Shown here piece by piece: positions 36,301 through 44,578 of a DNA stretch of 64,000 nt. Each line of letters opens with the position of its first letter. Within the stretch, counting starts at the first letter, position 1. This DNA comes from a virus. Position numbers and translations under genes: made by a program. A model generated the notes under the pieces. That model was not told where the DNA came from, ran no database searches, and saw nothing but the letters and a program-made list of their open reading frames with translations. Where the stretch lies: IMG/VR virus record IMGVR_UViG_3300024299_000001, positions 32,001-96,000 of that record; one strand, given 5' to 3'.

Positions 36301-38186
36301 TAGCCCTTGATACCTTTAAATTTATCTTTGATTCTACCATTGATAATATCTTGGTTCACCTGCACAGATGTCTTGTTTATAGGGCTTTTTTGGCCCTCTA
36401 GAGTCGCTTTGGCACTTTTCTGATAGGAGAGTATGCGTTTGAACTTAACCTTCGTTATATCGTCTATTTTGGGGTTATTCAGGACCTCATTGATATCAGC
36501 ATCTGTAAAATCACCTTTTGAACCAAAAACAGTAAGAATAGCTTCCTGGATCTTAACAGAATCAGAACCCTTAAGAATTGTCTTAACTTCTTTGAGTTTC
36601 TCAGGTGAAGCAGTCTCTTCTCGGCCCATACTATCGATGACCGGTACTATCTGATCTATGATGGCTTTAGAGGCCATGGCTTGTTTCATTGCAGAGACGG
36701 CTAACTCACCCTCTTCTTTAGTAAGTTCTCTTTCTTCTTTAATTGCCTGGTACTTCTGTACTTCTTTAATTTGTTCCTGGAATTCAGCATCTACTGCATT
36801 ATGGATCTCTATTGCTTTATCATGATTGGTTATTTTAACCGATGGATCCAGATCTTTCTTTTGATTAATCTGTTGTAATGCTTCAGCTGCCAATACAGGA
36901 TTATCTTTATGCATGGAAATGTCTTCTGTTTCAACAGCAGCTGATAATTTATCTTCATAACCTAATTGTGCTTTAGGATTCGCTTTAACCCTGAGAGCTT
37001 TACGTTCTGCTTTACGTTCAGTAGATTCTTGCTGTTCCTGTTCTGACCGAGTAAATACTCCGCCTACACTGGTAACCGGTCCACCAAGTGAACCAAGCAT
37101 ACCAGCATCAAACTGTTCTTTACGAGATTCAGCAGAGAAAGGATTCTTACCAGTACCCCATTGTTCAATGGCTGTTTGCGCGTACTCTTCAGCAAATTCA
37201 ACAGGAGCAACTTTACCTGCGGTTACACCAACTCTGGTAGCTTTGCCGGCCACACCACTTACTTTTTTACCTAATCCACCAATGGTACTGAGGCCACCTT
37301 TTAAAGCTTTTACATTAAACAGTAAATCTAAGTATTCAACTGCTCCGGCCAGTCCAGTAGCAATTCCAGCTTTCTGGATTTGTTTCCAGGTTACATCTGC
37401 TTCCTGGGATAGAGTACCAAATATCTCACCACCCTCTAAACCAAAACCAGCAGAGGCCATACCAATATGGGTACCAGCTTTACTGGTTACAGAAGATATT
37501 GCTAATTTAGATACTGAATCAGTTGCAGCAACTTTAGCAATGTTTTCAGTAGTTACTTTAGCACCTTGAGTAATTAATTGCTGTTTAGCTATCCGATCAG
37601 CTTCTTTCTTAACTAAACCACCCATAAGCTTACTAATTGCTTTTTTACCAGTAAGCTCCACACCGGTTTTAATAATACCACTACCAACCAACAAGCTAGT
37701 TAATTGCCCGGCCACATAACCCGAACCATGGGAGAACCAAGAAACTAATGCTTTCCAATCGCCTTCTTTAGCTTTTTCATAAGAGTAAGTAAAAGAATCT
37801 TCTGGTTGGGCGCCCACACCAATGTCTTGTTCAATTTTATGATACTTACCAGCAGCCGCTTCTTTAATCTTGGTAGCAATACCACCTTCCCCTACAATCT
37901 TTTCAGCCACAAGAGCACCGCCAGCTACTACACCTGAAGCTAACATAGGAATGCCCTTAACTGATTCTACAACACCCCGAGCTGCTGCTTCAGGAAGAGT
38001 CTCTTTATAAGGGATTAAAGGCTGATTAGGTTCTTGAAAAGTGTTAACACTGCTTCGTAACTGTGCTTCCATAGTTGCAGTATCAAATTGCTTTTCTGCT
38101 GTTTTACTATTCAATATATCTATCTTAGCTTGAAGAGTATTTTGAAGATCAATACCTTTTTGCGGAGCAAGCTCTGGATCAAACAT
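27375..38186 (-). CDS. virion-encapsidated RNA polymerase (N4 gp50-like vRNAP), 3603 aa
   Basis: Central T7-like single-subunit RNAP motifs: A 'LPVEIDGQANGPTIGGIQ' (D1820), B 'RKLAKNRAVGALYGSG' (R1920, K1924, Y1932), C 'GVLGVHDGFYV' (H2188-D2189). The size and position match N4-like phages. Confidence 0.85.
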   Translation of the reverse strand: MFDPELAPQKGIDLQNTLQAKIDILNSKTAEKQFDTATMEAQLRSSVNTFQEPNQPLIPYKETLPEAAARGVVESVKGIPMLASGVVAGGALVAEKIVGEGGIATKIKEAAAGKYHKIEQDIGVGAQPEDSFTYSYEKAKEGDWKALVSWFSHGSGYVAGQLTSLLVGSGIIKTGVELTGKKAISKLMGGLVKKEADRIAKQQLITQGAKVTTENIAKVAATDSVSKLAISSVTSKAGTHIGMASAGFGLEGGEIFGTLSQEADVTWKQIQKAGIATGLAGAVEYLDLLFNVKALKGGLSTIGGLGKKVSGVAGKATRVGVTAGKVAPVEFAEEYAQTAIEQWGTGKNPFSAESRKEQFDAGMLGSLGGPVTSVGGVFTRSEQEQQESTERKAERKALRVKANPKAQLGYEDKLSAAVETEDISMHKDNPVLAAEALQQINQKKDLDPSVKITNHDKAIEIHNAVDAEFQEQIKEVQKYQAIKEERELTKEEGELAVSAMKQAMASKAIIDQIVPVIDSMGREETASPEKLKEVKTILKGSDSVKIQEAILTVFGSKGDFTDADINEVLNNPKIDDITKVKFKRILSYQKSAKATLEGQKSPINKTSVQVNQDIINGRIKDKFKGIKGYLQSIAIATQNKDTKLAKSQLSDLQAFTERHAIKADLFRRLQDAVIKAKAKTTEEQEAVIKTFSAADQKFLEQLNTERASIGYNADYDFNTNFEASIQSMEREADSLSEALSVAQDMITPPQAQPTAEKVVQSETEEEEISAATAEDVSSEEVGSNEQPLSAEQEITSLVKTNKGKWVTVDFPKYTGTFKAQVTGNVIPDSFSIVNGVKTVTGYSIEIKTNTGKVLTATAQELGLKAYKTDQDIETTTPVQEDFVVEEEDTFFGQDESETFLTLEEMTKAELQTLYQNTEKTNTDRRQEIEAVLRTKHATEKKPKKEDGSKPEENADDASAFSESEPSEKTLFRGQEEAPYIDDKGNLVLTPTHDSLFKNTGISFAEDKELAEEYGNRYSKNPFIIQINIDYLDKIFPLNRQGGTAVTDERVVGDEREQRIVTKKDIIIPKGQYSVSKKNIKYDHSTTATSVLMDELDKENYEGDISEHLRYGEVAQGYASNEQEYYDSIKQELKNRNFSETDFAFISNNPITTDPDSIMEALGIDPKTNKWKNSYNTEYQNRRKQLYEKTASEKHTPLAEQLTDKTGIDRESLTPGNTNNTDLANNRLWVNTLRAFFKPIYGKAGPKSLLNKIPDFVAAMRKKILSKNHSLNPDQEKAAIALMKFNKEFSATLLKTFKPKANEKFFYEDAVNYFRVNGELNPNFLMAMSATAWKWLATQGPKTLINDDKSIRKIFNLKESQEISEDVRALVSRIGASKDYLSGTLGKDVIKMFEIKATQDIGVFDRELIEQDLGTLLLATLDRMGRVERTQVNAGRIPSTPVKTEKITLGFYGLRNHMLNTPQAPLSPQLINTFILPDQRLDVAKEDVIDRKNTTKVDFFRIASKVVTLKDGTSFEALTNANTQTRTDYEYGKGVWEQLFKLTADPLDYSFTKPTWENDKEKWPLARTSEFATIPQTNNLKQYIEQPYGLSHGVMNIFTFLTNAGQRTAAGAVNINDATHDRHKHRESINRKIELDLDAVRFWLHNAKKETAKYASNFFIQSYFIATGRMQQAGPIQPQNSMTHRFLFKNKAWEATFDKSDEQVVELFKAAVGLSLGVDPTKEASMAIVQQKTTDILESPVIQSALAAIDVFLSAAEQHTEYSPDEMVALRKAQPDLEADILAGIKEGGEDLHTLKGLLEYQRFQRAGAGKFTTSLPVEIDGQANGPTIGGIQLLLSLPTIKNLGIAASEGMVFTENPVETDTVPYDPYQSIGAGWGALVNQLKKTMIAAKDTATYKRMEAAEFLLGKLTDSKGFLDKAVRKLAKNRAVGALYGSGHGKIKRGLVITIIEDGIKAKLEKILEDPTRPAAADELRELVRYTNTLANNPKALFIPANIAGVEGNLNKEALLKIKLNPSIYEDIAAFTNKYHGKALTQAIDKIYGDIQQARTPLNKAITIAAAFYNAAQKMLVQEHVAKFGSVMTQEQLQQIRDRIKKIFPVLKSSLGGKVPLAEFATNLEYTTAVEGTSTQSYQPDGSNVHYQPMHNRAKKLSTLGDPSVKPVIISVQNYDSSSANRAMGNNQGVGVLGVHDGFYVAITNGGAMGQIINKSLYTDMSLDSIPEKIVEAFTTSIEAFTEFANENPAREEKKDRVLQKVFKEMGLTEGVSSYNNKTWTKSVQQVVDETVNGVPEKGKRKKKFGIKEIVRVTKINKARVLNAVTAFNHYFHRDGAWKTGNAPQTSIGGVNIVETKTEPGLYSQATINQQALADYNLSVQELEEAFIAEMLKEDSNDSLGSKDDSTLSIDPAKYGRAQEISSKNVLEVYNDIKGESTVTDSVQHDNHLQRILKTLIHSVFQPVDLYMKTNPYAEPEGKFVSQTRQVFMTNQIAAPITGALNNGIRMSSGEVYTHELLHPVLEAGLRLNARLGAQVDTLYELAYRKLDYRAFLNDPTVNAAWLNDPANQYEIEAAQKRYNYIFRNTRTAAQRKASEQTDTATKITRESGHSPHLAEFVILGLTNENFLKALSGIALPERMYTTSTWSDIQAGNIQQTLLNIAQKIFDFFYSKFNASKNDLRMDRELERLAILLSKIDSNHKNKLFETQSKFEQQYRKVADLSNKYIKKAATSGPLKIVKGLKTAVKTHKDKDSLAGDQLRKMTNDYDRLEYGLFKSLVTELRGRTDRLAPIYQLLNRRGVWLDSAKEFTIAQYSGIAGKLFTKFRDPKQTKLTDAEKVVVTKIGLKPDTVALLDSLSMDGISKVLGDPNELRKAINNVLNQIKTDTALAPHLTYYKQAADAMGHFMIHSRGRTGEEVFQNALVIAEMKARDDVTVPLTAAEVLRAEELINQLGSLYALQHTDKASRQVFKELIDTDPEGVNKFFELHQVLKEDSLQKAFNGDERKFIKGYTKEIVNTRTNYQYGTLAEEEELAQIGYSRSEFPIDRDEADPLKHIDIYVYTAQTGRINDLLSTIFSYTGNRGKGTDPLTIAQQMDISTKEGKKNNAKIIKYKAKIIRDMANPNIKPELKPSNQMIPQVDENGITTKYRYMMAETTKDNFLEKVNEYDKIMGAMAGQIIDKERTPIINEELIVLLKDMFDADYQSNPGGFIEIGPNSPDPKLRDIYHMMPDKAKQTVDTVWGGPSMFIPKDVLDISFGYRQYNIVESFAKNPEDRAKLERLLIGIVSLFGGEVKGVRRAHTLEGAMIELAKLAKNNIIVRSLSVTLNNFGSNLFVLRSKGIPFNVIIKSAWEAFSMGLKYQADIQKLADLEVKRRMLAKRKGAAPQSLLDLDNQIMRLKNTIEINPTTKTIEAGLMPQFIDDVNTTISGSNFPSEFEKGVTKLTDKLPQIVQNVGKVTFLTQDTQAYQVLNNAVKMTDFVARHVLYHYYTSSARGDEQMSHEEAVAEAIEEFVNFAVPTHRMVEYLNSIGLLRFTKYAIRILKVIKNNAMDKPFDVAAALFLSTHIGADNINNSIPGVTKNMFSNFGNPFSFFVDSVDSILPVNYLKMFFSK

Positions 38187-38194
38187 AAGACATC

Positions 38195-40042
38195 CTATTT
38201 ATTAAGATTAACCGGAAGTGCTCGTAAAAATGAGTCTCTATCTTTTTTTAAACGGCGGGAAGTTCCTTTTGTAAAGTCCCCACTTTTAAGTTTTTTAATT
38301 ATTTCAACAGGAGCTCCTGTATGGGTAACACCCCCGAGTTTTTTTATAGTTTTTTCAAATTCTACTGCTGACATTTGTTTTATATCTTTGGTTAGTTGAT
38401 CCCCAACTTGTTTTGAAATAGCAGAATTGTTCTCTAAGGCTCTCTTAAAAGCAGCTTTAGCCTCTATCAAAGATTGCTTTTGCAAAGTAGGCGAAGATTC
38501 ATTAGGAAGTTTTGAAAAAGCTGTACTCATTTGTTCAACAAATGAACCATTATTGACAGTACCAGAAAGGTTTCCTTTTCGTTGTTCTTGTCTCCAACCT
38601 AGTAATGCACCACTCTTTGCAACTGCAGCTTTTTCAAGTTCTCTTTTTAAACTTTTAGAGTCTGTAATTATTTGTTGTCTAATAGCTTTACCATCATTAT
38701 ATTGCCTCATTCGAGCTCTAATTGTGGCATCTAAAGCTTTTGGGGCTACTCCTTTTGCTCCACCAAAACCATAACTATCTCCAACAGAATCCTGATAAGC
38801 CAACCAGAGTAAACTATTTGCATCAACATCATTAATACCAGGAAGACTTCTTAATTGCTGTAATTTATTATTTAAAATAGAACTAACAGTACCTGGGCTA
38901 GTTTTTAAAGCGCTCCACCAATCAGAAGGTTCGACTTTTCCTGTTTTTGTGAGACTCTTCATAATCTCGCCTACCATACCACCATCCTGCAATACTGTTT
39001 TTTCAGCAAATGTTTTTGTATTCTCATCAAGCCCAGTAACATTACTTAATTGTTGCTTTAAAGAATCTATATGCGCAGTAGCATCTGCTTGTTGTTGTGT
39101 AAGCTGTGAATCAGCTTCTAATTTAAGCTGATTATACATTTCTTCTTGAGGACCTTTAAGTTTTTGTTTTTGCTTTGCATAACCTAGAGCCATGTTAGAA
39201 GCAGCTATTTGCTGAGTACCATTAAGGTTTGCTTTTTTAGCACCAACTTGTACTGCTTGTGCAGGATCCATACCATTATTAATATTTTTTAAAAAATCAG
39301 TGTTGAAAGCGTTAAGAGCTACTCTATCAGCTTCTTGTCTCTGATAAATACTTTCTGTTCTATTTGCTGACATTTCTTGAGTGAGCTTTTGCTGGACAAC
39401 ATCCCAATTAGCCTTAATCCCTTGTTGTTTACCCGCATCAATGGTTTCTTGAATTTTTGCTGGAGAAGTTATTGGTCCTGTATTTAATAAGAAAGTGTCT
39501 GTAGCATCTTTTCTTTCTTTATTAAATTTATTCTGTAATACCCCAGCTCCTTGTTCCCACTTAGAAGCCTGTTGCAGTGCCCAGTCATTATCAGCGCCTT
39601 TAGCAATCAAATTTTCATATACAGCCTTTGAACCAAGAGTAATATCCTTACCATCGTTGGCTGCTTGAGTACCAATTCCAGAGGCAATACTAAGTGCATC
39701 AGCCCTTAGATCAGTACGTTGCTTGGCTACATTTTTAGTAAGCTTATCAAAGTTCGCCATCTTACCGTACTGTTGTTCTATAGTACCAATATCAAACCGA
39801 CCTGCATCTTCTGCTTGGTTCAACTCACCAAGAGATTTTAACTTTTGTAAGTTAGCTTGGATACCAGTATCAACATTTTCTCCTTGTTGAATAAAATTCT
39901 CTTCCTGGAGTTTTTGATGATCGGTAAGTATTTTTTTAAAAGGATCAAACCCACTAATAATATCTTCATTAGCATCACCTATTGCTTCCAGTGGGCCTTC
40001 AAAGGAGGGTGCATTTACATTCCGCCAAGTAATCTGAGCCAT
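38195..40042 (-). CDS. virion structural/internal protein (hypothetical), coiled-coil rich
   Basis: 615-aa ORF directly upstream of the vRNAP gene. Confidence 0.7.
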   Translation of the reverse strand: MAQITWRNVNAPSFEGPLEAIGDANEDIISGFDPFKKILTDHQKLQEENFIQQGENVDTGIQANLQKLKSLGELNQAEDAGRFDIGTIEQQYGKMANFDKLTKNVAKQRTDLRADALSIASGIGTQAANDGKDITLGSKAVYENLIAKGADNDWALQQASKWEQGAGVLQNKFNKERKDATDTFLLNTGPITSPAKIQETIDAGKQQGIKANWDVVQQKLTQEMSANRTESIYQRQEADRVALNAFNTDFLKNINNGMDPAQAVQVGAKKANLNGTQQIAASNMALGYAKQKQKLKGPQEEMYNQLKLEADSQLTQQQADATAHIDSLKQQLSNVTGLDENTKTFAEKTVLQDGGMVGEIMKSLTKTGKVEPSDWWSALKTSPGTVSSILNNKLQQLRSLPGINDVDANSLLWLAYQDSVGDSYGFGGAKGVAPKALDATIRARMRQYNDGKAIRQQIITDSKSLKRELEKAAVAKSGALLGWRQEQRKGNLSGTVNNGSFVEQMSTAFSKLPNESSPTLQKQSLIEAKAAFKRALENNSAISKQVGDQLTKDIKQMSAVEFEKTIKKLGGVTHTGAPVEIIKKLKSGDFTKGTSRRLKKDRDSFLRALPVNLNK

Positions 40043-40055
40043 TTTGTCCCCCTAC

Positions 40056-40565
40056 TTAGATATTAATAGTTTTTTTCTGGTAAGAAGCATTGGCTAGTTT
40101 TCTTGCATTTTCACGCCAATTAAAATCTGCCTCAACTAATTGTTTCTGAGCAGCATAGTTTTTATTGAATGCTTGCTTCTGGAAGTTAAAAGAATCTTCA
40201 GCCAGTCCTAGTTTCTTCAAACCAAGATAAACTTTAGCTCCCCCTTCAAGAGCATCAAATGCTCCACCAGCCCAACTACCATGTTTCATTTTAGTAAGAG
40301 GATCTTGGTATCCGCCAAGGTGTTCCATACCAGTAGCTCTATATCTGCCAAACTCATCAACACCTCCTTTACCCCAAAACTTAAATCCATCGTAGTCAGG
40401 AAGATTAAGAGGATTAGTGTTAAGATTTGCTAAATCTCCTAAACCAAAACCTTGATTAACAAAATTCTGATTCTGAGAAGACCCATATGTTTTGCCCACA
40501 TCGGTTTTAAATAAATTTTCATCTATATCAAAATCAAAATTAAATTGATCGTTATTGTTTACCAT
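40056..40565 (-). CDS. hypothetical structural-block protein
   Basis: 169-aa ORF. Confidence 0.65.
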   Translation of the reverse strand: MVNNNDQFNFDFDIDENLFKTDVGKTYGSSQNQNFVNQGFGLGDLANLNTNPLNLPDYDGFKFWGKGGVDEFGRYRATGMEHLGGYQDPLTKMKHGSWAGGAFDALEGGAKVYLGLKKLGLAEDSFNFQKQAFNKNYAAQKQLVEADFNWRENARKLANASYQKKTINI

Positions 40566-40600
40566 AGTCAGTCCCCTTATTAAAATTTATTTATTTATTA

Positions 40601-42817
40601 TTAACCTATATTTGCCATATTAGCAAAAGCATAATTATTTGGTTCAGGTAATTTTAAAGACATATCAAAAAAATTAGGTACGATATCATGTGCAACAACA
40701 GTACCTATATTGCCTGCATGAATTGTGTACTCATAAAACTTTTCTGGATCTGTTATAGGATGCTGTAATAACCTGGCTGATTGTGCCATTAAAAGATTCT
40801 CAGCCAATAAATTAGGTTCAAGTTCTTCTTGAATAAGTGCTAATTCATCCCATTGCTTTTCTGCAGCCAATAAGAAATTATCATACTCTTGCTTTAGGTT
40901 TTCTAACTGACCGGCTATAAACTCATTACTCTTATTTAACAATGCAGGAACCATGGATAATAATATATCAGAAGTAAGCATGTCTTTACCGAATACAGAT
41001 ATACCAGAACTGGAGGGCCCTTTAAATGCTGTAATAGCAAAAATAAGAATTGCTAAAATTGCAGCACCTTCTGGCCCAATGGCTTCTACAATAAGCTGTA
41101 CACCATAATTTAAAGCTACTCCAAAAACAACTTGAGGTAGGATAAAATTAATAACGGCCATATAACCTGCCGAAGCTGCAGTAGCAAGATCTAACAACCA
41201 AGGCTGAGCAGACCATAATGCAAAAGCAAGAGATGCAAATAAAAAGATAAATTTAAACAAACTAGATTCATACCATTTAAGCTTAACAACATCTACAGCA
41301 TTAATAACCAGTATAAGTGCTTCTTGATAAAGTTGATTTTGCATTATCTTATTCATATTGAAAGATACACCGTAATGCACTGGTACAATAAAGTTTAAAT
41401 TATCTGCATCATCGATTACATCATTAAGGTAAGTATTAACTGAATGCCCGGTCCATATGTCATTATTATGTCTGGGAGCGTATACAGTTACTTCTTTATA
41501 TAAATTAGCTTCTGTCTGTAATTTGAAGACTACTTTAGAATTATCATCCCAAGAGCTTAAATTATAAACATCACCAACAGTATTCCGGGTAAACGTCTTA
41601 GTAGCAGTGCCAATAGCCCCAATTGAACCAACAATAAAAACTGTAGTAATATATAAGAATTCAATTTTAAGTTTAAGGCCATACTCCACAAGAGAGGTAT
41701 TCATGGTGTAGGTTTGTTTAGTATTAACATTTACTGTTGAATCTCCATTAAGAATATCATCCACATGGGTCCAAGCAGTAGCAGTTGTTAAGGCACCAAT
41801 ATGTTCAAAGAATTCTCCAAGGTACCAGATGCCTGCATTACTGGTAGTCTGCATATTAACCCCAAACATTACATAAGCATGATCAATATCATCTTTATCT
41901 GGGTTATCATTTATTTGGGTCGCAATCTCATCAATATCTAATTTTATTTTCTTTAGTAAAGCTTTACCGGTAATATATTGTTGAGTACTCTGATAGGGTG
42001 CAGAAGTTAGATCAATATTTACTCTTCTAATAGGAACCACTGGCATAAAATCAGTAGAAGTTTGTATTGTAACGGTACCACTTAAAGCTGGATGTGTGCC
42101 ATCGGAAAGTTTATATGCCCACCATTTGAGTGGCAGGGTCGTTGCGCCACCAGCATCCAGCTCGTAATAAGAGGCCATACAGTATTCAGCACCTAATTCA
42201 TAGCTGGAACTGATTACCTGGTCTTCATTGTAATAAGTAGCAGGATCTGATTCAACGGTAGCATTAGCCTTTGAGTGGAGAACAACGTAAGAGGTTAGAA
42301 TTTTATAAGTAATGGTAACTGTAACATTATCTGCAGCTAAAGACAGTTCATACAAAGTGACTTTATTAATTGCTAAGGCACCAGTGGAACTAACAGTAGG
42401 AATAGTCATTCCTGCAGGAAAGGTAGTTATTTCTTGAGTTAAATAATCATAGGTTCGGTCAGCAGTTAAAAATGGTAGAACAAGATAGTAGATCGATAAA
42501 GGATCTGTGAAGTATGCTTCAACTTGTACTCCAAGGGGTAAGATCATATCAGTAACAATTGCAGCTGCAACATCAGCTTTAGGGGCGGTAAATAAAGTAT
42601 CAGTAGTTCCTTGTGGTAAACCAAGAGTATAAAACTGTTCAGCATAGCCCATAAAGCCGGCTACTTTGGTGGCCATACCACCTAGTACAATATTAGTTAA
42701 ACTGTTGCTTATATTGTTGCCAGATAAAACGGCAGAAAGGACAGCATTCTCTACAGGAGAATTATCAGGCTCCATAAGCTGCATTGTTGCGGTTGCTACT
42801 GTAACTCTAGTTGCCAT
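40601..42817 (-). CDS. large virion protein with a C-terminal cluster of TM-like helices
   Basis: 738-aa ORF with the hydrophobic region 'FIFLFASLAFALWSAQPWLL...AAILAILIFAITAF'. Confidence 0.7.
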   Translation of the reverse strand: MATRVTVATATMQLMEPDNSPVENAVLSAVLSGNNISNSLTNIVLGGMATKVAGFMGYAEQFYTLGLPQGTTDTLFTAPKADVAAAIVTDMILPLGVQVEAYFTDPLSIYYLVLPFLTADRTYDYLTQEITTFPAGMTIPTVSSTGALAINKVTLYELSLAADNVTVTITYKILTSYVVLHSKANATVESDPATYYNEDQVISSSYELGAEYCMASYYELDAGGATTLPLKWWAYKLSDGTHPALSGTVTIQTSTDFMPVVPIRRVNIDLTSAPYQSTQQYITGKALLKKIKLDIDEIATQINDNPDKDDIDHAYVMFGVNMQTTSNAGIWYLGEFFEHIGALTTATAWTHVDDILNGDSTVNVNTKQTYTMNTSLVEYGLKLKIEFLYITTVFIVGSIGAIGTATKTFTRNTVGDVYNLSSWDDNSKVVFKLQTEANLYKEVTVYAPRHNNDIWTGHSVNTYLNDVIDDADNLNFIVPVHYGVSFNMNKIMQNQLYQEALILVINAVDVVKLKWYESSLFKFIFLFASLAFALWSAQPWLLDLATAASAGYMAVINFILPQVVFGVALNYGVQLIVEAIGPEGAAILAILIFAITAFKGPSSSGISVFGKDMLTSDILLSMVPALLNKSNEFIAGQLENLKQEYDNFLLAAEKQWDELALIQEELEPNLLAENLLMAQSARLLQHPITDPEKFYEYTIHAGNIGTVVAHDIVPNFFDMSLKLPEPNNYAFANMANIG

Positions 42818-42861
42818 AAGCTCCTACAGTAATGGGGGCTAATTAAGCCCCCATTAGTTAA

Positions 42862-43896
42862 TTAAGGAATTGGTGTAACATTTGCCCCAGCCAGAAGAAC
42901 ATCCAACATTGCACCAAGATTAGGATCATCTAAACGATTGGCTGATTTAACTGTACCAACACCCATAGTAGCAGAAACTGACCAAGCATCAACCATAAGC
43001 TTAGCTGCTTTCTGTTCTGCATCCCGAGTAAATCCATCAGTCTGAGCTTGGAATAAAGCTTTCTGTTTACCAATAACACCAGCAACAATTGCAGCACTAA
43101 CAGTAAGATCTTGGATCTGGGCTAATTCAGTTGCTTTTTTCTGATCAAGTAAGTTCTTTTCAGATAGAATTTTCTCTCTCTGAGGATATGCTAAACCTTC
43201 AATAACAGTAACAGAGTTCATCTGTCCTAAAGTAGCTGGTTTAGAGTCACTAGTATTAGATAATTCAGTTACAATTTTCTGTTCTGTTAGAGCTACATCC
43301 ATCTCTTGTTGTTGTTTTTTATATTCAGCAAAACCACCAAGGTTATCATTTCCATTATATCCGTATCCAGCAGCTTTAGCTGTAACAAGACTGTCGCCAG
43401 TTTGGACCAATTCAGTAATAATCTTCTGACCAAGTAAATCCTTCTCAGCAGTAGCAGTAGTAGTCTGAGCAGTTGCTAAAGCTAATTGCTGGGTAACCAG
43501 AGCCTTTTGATCAGCAACTACTCCTTCAACAGCAGTCGTACCATTAAAACCAAGATTAAGTAATATAGTATCATCAGTCTGAGCAAGCTCAGTAACAGTC
43601 TTCTGTCTTACCAAGCCAATCTCTGCCCTGATCCGTTGGCCATTCTGATGGCTGTCAAGGAAAGCAATTGATTGCTGCATAACAGCGCTAAGAGCCCCTA
43701 AATATACTTTGGAGTACTCATCACCAGTAATACGGTCATTGTTGTATTCATCAAGCAAATGGAGCTTAACAACAGCCATTAGCTTATCAAATACACCGGT
43801 ACCAGTAATGCTGCTGGTAGTTAACTGCTCAACATCTGGTTCATCCAGACTAACATTTGGTTCTACTTCAATTGGATCAAGGGTTAAGTTTGCCAT
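42862..43896 (-). CDS. structural protein with four internal QKxxTELxQTxD repeats
   Basis: 344 aa. Repeats: 'RQKTVTELAQTDDT', 'GQKIITELVQTGDS', 'EQKIVTELSNTSDS', 'DQKKATELAQIQDL'. Confidence 0.7.
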   Translation of the reverse strand: MANLTLDPIEVEPNVSLDEPDVEQLTTSSITGTGVFDKLMAVVKLHLLDEYNNDRITGDEYSKVYLGALSAVMQQSIAFLDSHQNGQRIRAEIGLVRQKTVTELAQTDDTILLNLGFNGTTAVEGVVADQKALVTQQLALATAQTTTATAEKDLLGQKIITELVQTGDSLVTAKAAGYGYNGNDNLGGFAEYKKQQQEMDVALTEQKIVTELSNTSDSKPATLGQMNSVTVIEGLAYPQREKILSEKNLLDQKKATELAQIQDLTVSAAIVAGVIGKQKALFQAQTDGFTRDAEQKAAKLMVDAWSVSATMGVGTVKSANRLDDPNLGAMLDVLLAGANVTPIP

Positions 43897-43905
43897 TTAT
43901 GACTC

Positions 43906-44472
43906 CTAATCTTCTATTCTATTACCCATCGCCTGGCGTTGGGCTAGGTCTTTCAGTTCTTGTGGAGTTAAGGGATCTAAAATTTCAATTGCAAATTCTT
44001 TAACCAAATGGCCTCTTTTCTGTTTCTGGCCATTGGGTAGTTTAATTTCTTTAAAAGCCTGGTATTTTCGTTCCTGCACCAATCTTAAAATAGCTGCTGG
44101 TACATGATATCCGACTTCAGTATTAAAAGGAACAAACTTTTTAATAGTACCAATAACTCGATTACTGATACTAAGTATTTCTCCAGGCCAATCTTTTTTG
44201 TTTGGATTCATGCATGTTAAATTTATACGAACTAACCGGTTTGCTGTTTTTCTCAACCGGGTATTACTTTCCGCTTTACGGGTTGCTTCTGATTTCTGTT
44301 TAAATCGAGGCTTGGGTTTCTGTACAACCATCTCTTCTACTTCTTCTTCCGAGTTGAGTACTGCATTGAGTTTTTCTTTCAAAGACTTTACTCCAATTGA
44401 AGGATGAAATTTAATACCCATTAGTGTTGCTCTATCTTTTAAAAGACTTAATTCTGTTGCTTGCTTTGCCAT
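43906..44472 (-). CDS. hypothetical basic protein adjacent to the capsid gene
   Basis: 188-aa ORF immediately downstream of the MCP terminator. Confidence 0.65.
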   Translation of the reverse strand: MAKQATELSLLKDRATLMGIKFHPSIGVKSLKEKLNAVLNSEEEVEEMVVQKPKPRFKQKSEATRKAESNTRLRKTANRLVRINLTCMNPNKKDWPGEILSISNRVIGTIKKFVPFNTEVGYHVPAAILRLVQERKYQAFKEIKLPNGQKQKRGHLVKEFAIEILDPLTPQELKDLAQRQAMGNRIED

Positions 44473-44501
44473 TTGTCCACCTTTATTTGTGTCAGGTTAC
44501 T

Positions 44502-44537
44502 GTTAAAGAAACTCTTCCCCTAATTAAAGGGGAAGAG
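44502..44537 (-). terminator. rho-independent terminator after the major capsid gene
   Basis: Perfect 9-bp stem ctcttcccc/ggggaagag with an 8-nt loop, followed on the minus strand by tttcttt. Confidence 0.7.
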
Positions 44538-44578
44538 AGTAAATTACATTTTACTCAACACTTAGTGTCAAGTTGATT

